From positions 1 through 27,032 of IMG/VR virus record IMGVR_UViG_3300037484_001092: a stretch of 27,032 nt of DNA. One strand, 5' to 3'. The stretch is from a virus. Taxonomy: Duplodnaviria; Caudoviricetes. A program made the position numbers and the translations under genes. The notes below the pieces were generated by a model. The model had not been told where the DNA came from. It saw nothing but the letters and a program-made list of their open reading frames with translations, and made no database searches. Of the stretch, positions 23,345 to 27,032 are shown in pieces; position 1 is the first letter of the stretch, and every line of letters starts with the position of its first letter.

Positions 23345-23562
23345 CCTCCCCTTTTCTGCTGTTGTGATGTTTCACGGCGAACCCGGGATGGTCCCAGGAA
23401 AAATTTCACCAGCCGATTTTTTATGCCGGCCGGCATCGCCATCAGGCTCTCGAACGAGAATGAATTTCCCGTTCGATGATGGCGCTTTTTGGGATTGACG
23501 ATGCTTTCGCCAATCCCGATCCGTACCCCGTTTATGCCTTGGCGCCGCTTGCAGGATCCCAT
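23341..23562 (-). CDS. Small basic hypothetical protein, 73 aa
   Basis: TAATG coupling to the upstream gene and overlap with the downstream gene. Confidence 0.45.
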   Translation of the reverse strand: MGSCKRRQGINGVRIGIGESIVNPKKRHHRTGNSFSFESLMAMPAGIKNRLVKFFLGPSRVRRETSQQQKRGG

Positions 23563-23921
23563 TATTTCTTCTTTCCCCCTCCCATCAACGGAAGATTTTG
23601 CTGATGTTCTTCCTCGGTCATCTTCCGGGTGTCGATGATCTCTCCGGTGTCCGTGCGCGTGAGGATCATCTTCCCGCCGTCAGCCGGACTCCATTCGCAA
23701 TCGATATCCCGGAGCTCTCGCCTGGTCGTAACCTTCTGCGCGAGGGCTCTGCAATCAGCCACGCAACGATCGATCCGATTTTTGAAGCCGGACACGGTGG
23801 CTTTCTTCTCGTCCTCGAGCTCCGCTTGCGCGGCTGTCACGCGCGCCAGCTCCTTTGCGCATGTGCTTACCTCGTCCTCGCTCAAACCGACCATTAATGC
23901 TCTTGTGATCTTGGTGATCAT
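23562..23921 (-). CDS. Conserved phage hypothetical protein (coiled coil plus RTDTGEII..RKMT..E motif)
   Basis: Coiled coil followed by beta-hairpin LTRTDTGEIIDTRKMTEEEHQQNL; SD-like GGGGGA. Confidence 0.7.
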   Translation of the reverse strand: MITKITRALMVGLSEDEVSTCAKELARVTAAQAELEDEKKATVSGFKNRIDRCVADCRALAQKVTTRRELRDIDCEWSPADGGKMILTRTDTGEIIDTRKMTEEEHQQNLPLMGGGKKK

Positions 23922-23924
23922 TGG

Positions 23925-24179
23925 CTATCCCCCCAGCTTTTTTATCTTGCGTTCGAGACGCTTGATTTTCGCAACGTATACATTGTTCGCTCTCTGGAAA
24001 TTGTCGCGGTCCCGGACGAGGGTGATCCAATTTCCGGCCATCTTCTCCGCGGCGTCAGCGATCCGGCACAGCGCACCGACTTTTATCTGATCGTCGCAGG
24101 GCCGATATTTGATCTCATGTTTCCCGCCTACGTCCTTTCGGGATTCCTCCCGATAGCTTCTCCATGTTTCCTTTGTCAT
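23925..24179 (-). CDS. Phage hypothetical protein, 84 aa
   Basis: GGGAG SD; GALCRIADAAEKMA motif and coiled-coil C-terminus. Confidence 0.65.
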   Translation of the reverse strand: MTKETWRSYREESRKDVGGKHEIKYRPCDDQIKVGALCRIADAAEKMAGNWITLVRDRDNFQRANNVYVAKIKRLERKIKKLGG

Positions 24180-24204
24180 GGGCTATCTCCCTATCCGGTG
24201 TTTT

Positions 24205-24906
24205 TTATTTCACCCAGGCTGGCTTGGTGGCTTGCTTTACCCCAGGGATGGACCCCTGCGCGGCCTCAGCTTTCGCCGGCTCGGTCTTGGCCGGCTCCGG
24301 ATCACCCTTCACCCATGCCGGCTTCGGGCCTCCCGCAGGGGCGCCAGCTTCCGGCTCCGGAGGGAGGGGCTTGTCGGACAGGAGCATCCCCTGGTCCATC
24401 GACCAGACCTTCTCGTACCGAGGATCATCCGGGGTGACGATCTTCTTGATGGTATTGTTCAGAAATCGCTTTCCGCTTTGGTTTTGCTGGCCCCATTCGG
24501 CGCCAACAACAACGGGAAACATCATTCCATTTAGATCGGAGAAATCACTGATGATTCTCGCCTTGGTCGCCTCGGGGGAGGTGTCTTTGGGGCTGATCTT
24601 CCGCGTGGCCTCCACCATCGCGCGGAGGGTCCTCATGGAAATACTGATCGCCATGGCGCTCTTGTCGTTCGGCGTCTTCGTGAAATGGAGCATGAAGTTT
24701 TGCCACATTTTTCGACCGTTGACGGCGGTGAATTCAAAGTCCAGGTATTCGTACCCCGAAGATGCCACGCAGAACAACGGATGGACCCCGCCTTCCTTTC
24801 CCGCCTTCGGGGGTCGGATTTGAGCTGTTACCATCACAACCGAATCCTCGGGGATTGGACCTGCTCCGGACCCTTGCTCTGGTGCATCATTGAAATCTAT
24901 GCCCAT
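24205..24906 (-). CDS. Single-stranded DNA-binding protein-like (DUF669-type) partner of Sak4
   Basis: DFNDA..IPE N-terminus, OB-like YLDFEF..GRKMWQNF and N.IKKI, low-complexity tail with PAW motifs; directly downstream of the AAA gene. Confidence 0.65.
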   Translation of the reverse strand: MGIDFNDAPEQGSGAGPIPEDSVVMVTAQIRPPKAGKEGGVHPLFCVASSGYEYLDFEFTAVNGRKMWQNFMLHFTKTPNDKSAMAISISMRTLRAMVEATRKISPKDTSPEATKARIISDFSDLNGMMFPVVVGAEWGQQNQSGKRFLNNTIKKIVTPDDPRYEKVWSMDQGMLLSDKPLPPEPEAGAPAGGPKPAWVKGDPEPAKTEPAKAEAAQGSIPGVKQATKPAWVK

Positions 24907-25692
24907 CTATTTGCCCTCCGGTTTTTTATACCCGCCCTTGGTGGCGGTTTCGAGTGCGGTGTGAAAGGCTCCGTATGTCTTGTCTTTCCCGATGAAAATC
25001 TCGTCGGGCAGCGACCAGCGATTCTTCGCGTCCCATGCCGGCCGCTCCGCGGTGTAGATCACCCGGTCGCCAGATCCGGTGGCCCGGGCCCGGTCCTTTC
25101 CGAATCCCTTGTCCTCTTTCATGATGGCGACCTTGTACGTCAGGAATCCAACTACTTCGGCCCATTCATTCCAGAGAGCAAAGGCGCGTTTATGGAGGCG
25201 CATCTGATAGCGATCGTAGCTGTCACTTTCCGGAGGCGTCACGGTTTTCGCTTCGGAGTGAGCCAGGAGGACGATGTGCATTCCCTTGTTGGCGCGCAGG
25301 GAATCGAAGCCCCCCATAATTACCCGCCAATACTTTTCAGCCTCGAGGTATCCCTTCCCGTACCCCTTCAACACCCGCTCGATCGACTCCGCTTCGTGCT
25401 CTCGGCATGTCTCGGCCCACACCAGGGGCTCAAGCCAGTCCAGCGAATCGACCACAAGGGTCTTGAATTGATGCTCTTCATGGAGCGCGGTGATCGTGTC
25501 GATGATCGCCTGGTAGGACGTTGCCAGCGGAAAGGCATCGATATCTAAAGCCCCTGCGCCATCCTCAACCGGAAGCAGGACAGCGCCCGGGAAGGTGGCG
25601 CCGAAAGAAGTTTTCCCGATTCCCTGGACACCATAGATAACGATCTTCTGTGGCTTCACCATCGAATTCGCCTTTTGTATGAGCTCAAGCAT
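24907..25692 (-). CDS. Sak4-like AAA_24 P-loop ATPase (phage recombinase)
   Basis: Walker [11 protein letters not shown], Walker [31 protein letters not shown]. Confidence 0.88.
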   Translation of the reverse strand: MLELIQKANSMVKPQKIVIYGVQGIGKTSFGATFPGAVLLPVEDGAGALDIDAFPLATSYQAIIDTITALHEEHQFKTLVVDSLDWLEPLVWAETCREHEAESIERVLKGYGKGYLEAEKYWRVIMGGFDSLRANKGMHIVLLAHSEAKTVTPPESDSYDRYQMRLHKRAFALWNEWAEVVGFLTYKVAIMKEDKGFGKDRARATGSGDRVIYTAERPAWDAKNRWSLPDEIFIGKDKTYGAFHTALETATKGGYKKPEGK

Positions 25693-26290
25693 CGGGCGCC
25701 TCCTTTTCCTTGGGCTCCACCCCGAGGACCTCCCGGTACTTCACGGCGTACTCCACGAACCCTGCCGCCTCGAGGATCTCCAAGACGTGCAGGAAGCCCT
25801 GCCCGTGGCGCTCCTGGATCACGCCCCAACAGTAGCGGTTCACGGTGACCTGGCCGATCATGGCCCACTCGGCTTTGGTGAACGCCTCGATCTTCTGCTG
25901 GTAGATCAGCGCGAGGAAGAAGTCGTGGTTGTCGACGTAGTTCTTGGCGCCCGTCAGGTCCGCGCCCGTCAGGTCCGCGCCCCTCAGGTCCGCGCCCGTC
26001 AGGTACGCGCCCGTCAGGTACGCGCCCCTCAGGTCCGCGCCCGTCAGGTACGCGCCCGTCAGGTACGCGCCCGTCAGGTACGCGCCCCTCAGGTACGCGC
26101 CCCTCAGGTCCGCGCCCCTCAGGTCCGCGCCCCTCAGGTCCGCGCCCCTCAGGTCCGCGCCCCTCAGGTCCGCGCCCGTCAGGTCCGCGCCCGTCTTCAC
26201 GGCCGCCTCGAGGGTTAGCTTCAGGCTCTCGGTCTCGAGGGAGAACAGGATCTTCCCGGAGACCCAGTTCTTGATCTCGAAGAGTTTCAT
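25685..26290 (-). CDS. Pentapeptide-repeat protein
   Basis: [23 protein letters not shown] head, then 16 GA(D/Y)L(T/R) repeats and a helical C-terminal domain; GGAGG SD. Confidence 0.88.
   Translation of the reverse strand: MKLFEIKNWVSGKILFSLETESLKLTLEAAVKTGADLTGADLRGADLRGADLRGADLRGADLRGAYLRGAYLTGAYLTGAYLTGADLRGAYLTGAYLTGADLRGADLTGADLTGAKNYVDNHDFFLALIYQQKIEAFTKAEWAMIGQVTVNRYCWGVIQERHGQGFLHVLEILEAAGFVEYAVKYREVLGVEPKEKEAPDA
25952..26191 (-). repeat. 16 x 15-bp near-perfect tandem repeat GGCGCG(G/T)ACCTGA(C/G)G
   Basis: Directly visible; only two positions vary. Confidence 0.95.
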
Positions 26291-26739
26291 TCGGGCGCCT
26301 CCACCGATTTGAATTCCAGCCTCGGATCGCTGGGGGTAACGGTGCGCGCCGGCGCAAAGACGGCCTGGATGTTCTTCGGGTAGGTGTTGAATTCCTTCTC
26401 GCCGACCTTAAATTCGGCCTTCATCCATTCGAATGGGTTGTCGCCTGTGGACTGAATCTTGTGAAACACGCCGAACAGCTTTTCCTGGTCCCACTTCACT
26501 TTCTTGGCGATCGTCTCTGTTACGCGGAAACCGTCCCGGGTGATGTTCACGGCGCCGTACTCCTTCTGTTGCAGCTTGCGAATGGCGGTAAGGTCTGCAA
26601 AGACAAGCTCGCGGATTTCCCTCTCTGTTTCATTAAGCTGCTCTCCAACGGCATCGAGTTGAGATTGGATGGTTGCCATGATCTCGTCTGCCTTCCGATT
26701 GAGGACTTCCCTGCGGCCCAACAATTCTTTCAGCCCCAT
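26287..26739 (-). CDS. Coiled-coil phage protein of recombination modules ([10 protein letters not shown] motif), 150 aa
   Basis: Start re-assigned to ATG 26739, 2 nt after the upstream stop; N-terminal coiled coil; ATGA overlap with the pentapeptide gene. Confidence 0.65.
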   Translation of the reverse strand: MGLKELLGRREVLNRKADEIMATIQSQLDAVGEQLNETEREIRELVFADLTAIRKLQQKEYGAVNITRDGFRVTETIAKKVKWDQEKLFGVFHKIQSTGDNPFEWMKAEFKVGEKEFNTYPKNIQAVFAPARTVTPSDPRLEFKSVEAPE

Positions 26740-26741
26740 GG

Positions 26742-26972
26742 TTATGCCTCGTTCCGGGCGATCGAGGCATTCGCCCACATGACGGATTCCTCGAGGGCGG
26801 TCATCGCCAGGGACCGCTCTCTCGAGGAAGGGCAACTTACCAAAATTACTTCCGCAAAATCTCGGGCTTCATCCCGGATTTCCTTGTACCGAGACACCTG
26901 GTTGGGTTTTGGTGTGTGGTACATGAAATCTTTCCCCAGGCGGGCTTTCTCTTCGGCGGTGATCGTGTACAT
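26742..26972 (-). CDS. Acb2/Tad1-like helical-hairpin protein (candidate immune-signal sponge)
   Basis: FMYHTP..Q..RYKEIRDEARDFAE.I..CPSSRERSLAMTALEESVMWANASIARNE; the RExSLAxTxLEExxMW helix is the family signature as recalled. Confidence 0.65.
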   Translation of the reverse strand: MYTITAEEKARLGKDFMYHTPKPNQVSRYKEIRDEARDFAEVILVSCPSSRERSLAMTALEESVMWANASIARNEA

Positions 26973-27032
26973 ATCTCTTCCCCCGTTCGCCTGACCCTTA
27001 TGGTTTTAGGTCTTTGGCGATCATGGAGGGAT

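Larger units (their letters stand above)
1..27032. mobile_element. Tailed bacteriophage/prophage segment with podovirus-like late module (+) converging on early/recombination module (-)
   Basis: Gene order is adaptor, fibres, tail hub, GNAT, ejection proteins, large internal virion protein, GH108 lysin and membrane proteins. The opposite strand has Sak4/SSB/HNH genes. Dense ATGA/GTGA/TAATG overlaps; no tape measure or tail tube recognised. Confidence 0.95.

Noticed and set aside
25656-26357. Alternative-frame ORFs (233, 179, 122 aa) and CRISPR-like appearance of the 15-bp array
   Set aside because: The repeat unit lacks stops in those frames, so the ORFs are by-products; units are contiguous with no spacers and no cas genes are present.
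1674-26835. ORF-track upstream starts at 1674, 7137, 9486, 11930, 21092 and 26835
   Set aside because: They overlap neighbouring genes; downstream ATGs (1725, 7353, 9609, 11957, 21140, 26739) have an SD or stop-start coupling and give sensible N-termini.
26998-27032. Possible 3' end of another - strand gene (..PSMIAKDLKP*)
   Set aside because: Only about 11 codons are visible; frame and identity cannot be supported.

Overview
This window is a ~27 kb piece of a GC-rich tailed bacteriophage or prophage with podovirus-type (P22/T7-like) morphogenesis and a probably diderm host. No host housekeeping genes, rRNA, tRNA, CRISPR array, integrase or reverse transcriptase were seen. The + strand (1-22198) carries one tightly coupled late operon. 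It runs through the end of a capsid-associated gene, a head-tail adaptor, fibre/receptor-binding and accessory virion proteins, a P22 gp10-like tail hub, a GNAT-fold protein, two paralogous Gly-start ejection proteins, a third ejection protein and a 1932-aa HExxH/LPD38-type polyvalent protein. It ends with a GH108 endolysin, several small membrane proteins and a CX5R phosphatase. The - strand (22245-27032) carries early genes: an Acb2/Tad1-like anti-defence candidate, a pentapeptide-repeat protein, a Sak4-like AAA ATPase with an SSB-like partner, small hypotheticals, and an HNH endonuclease behind a structured leader. The most unusual features are (i) several Sec-signal-peptide proteins embedded in the virion morphogenesis operon, (ii) a lysis-cassette protein with an N-terminal TM and a C-terminal outer-membrane beta-signal where no lipoprotein spanin is visible, and (iii) a GNAT coupled to duplicated Met-Gly-Gly ejection proteins. 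All family assignments come from motif recognition by eye; no database search was run.
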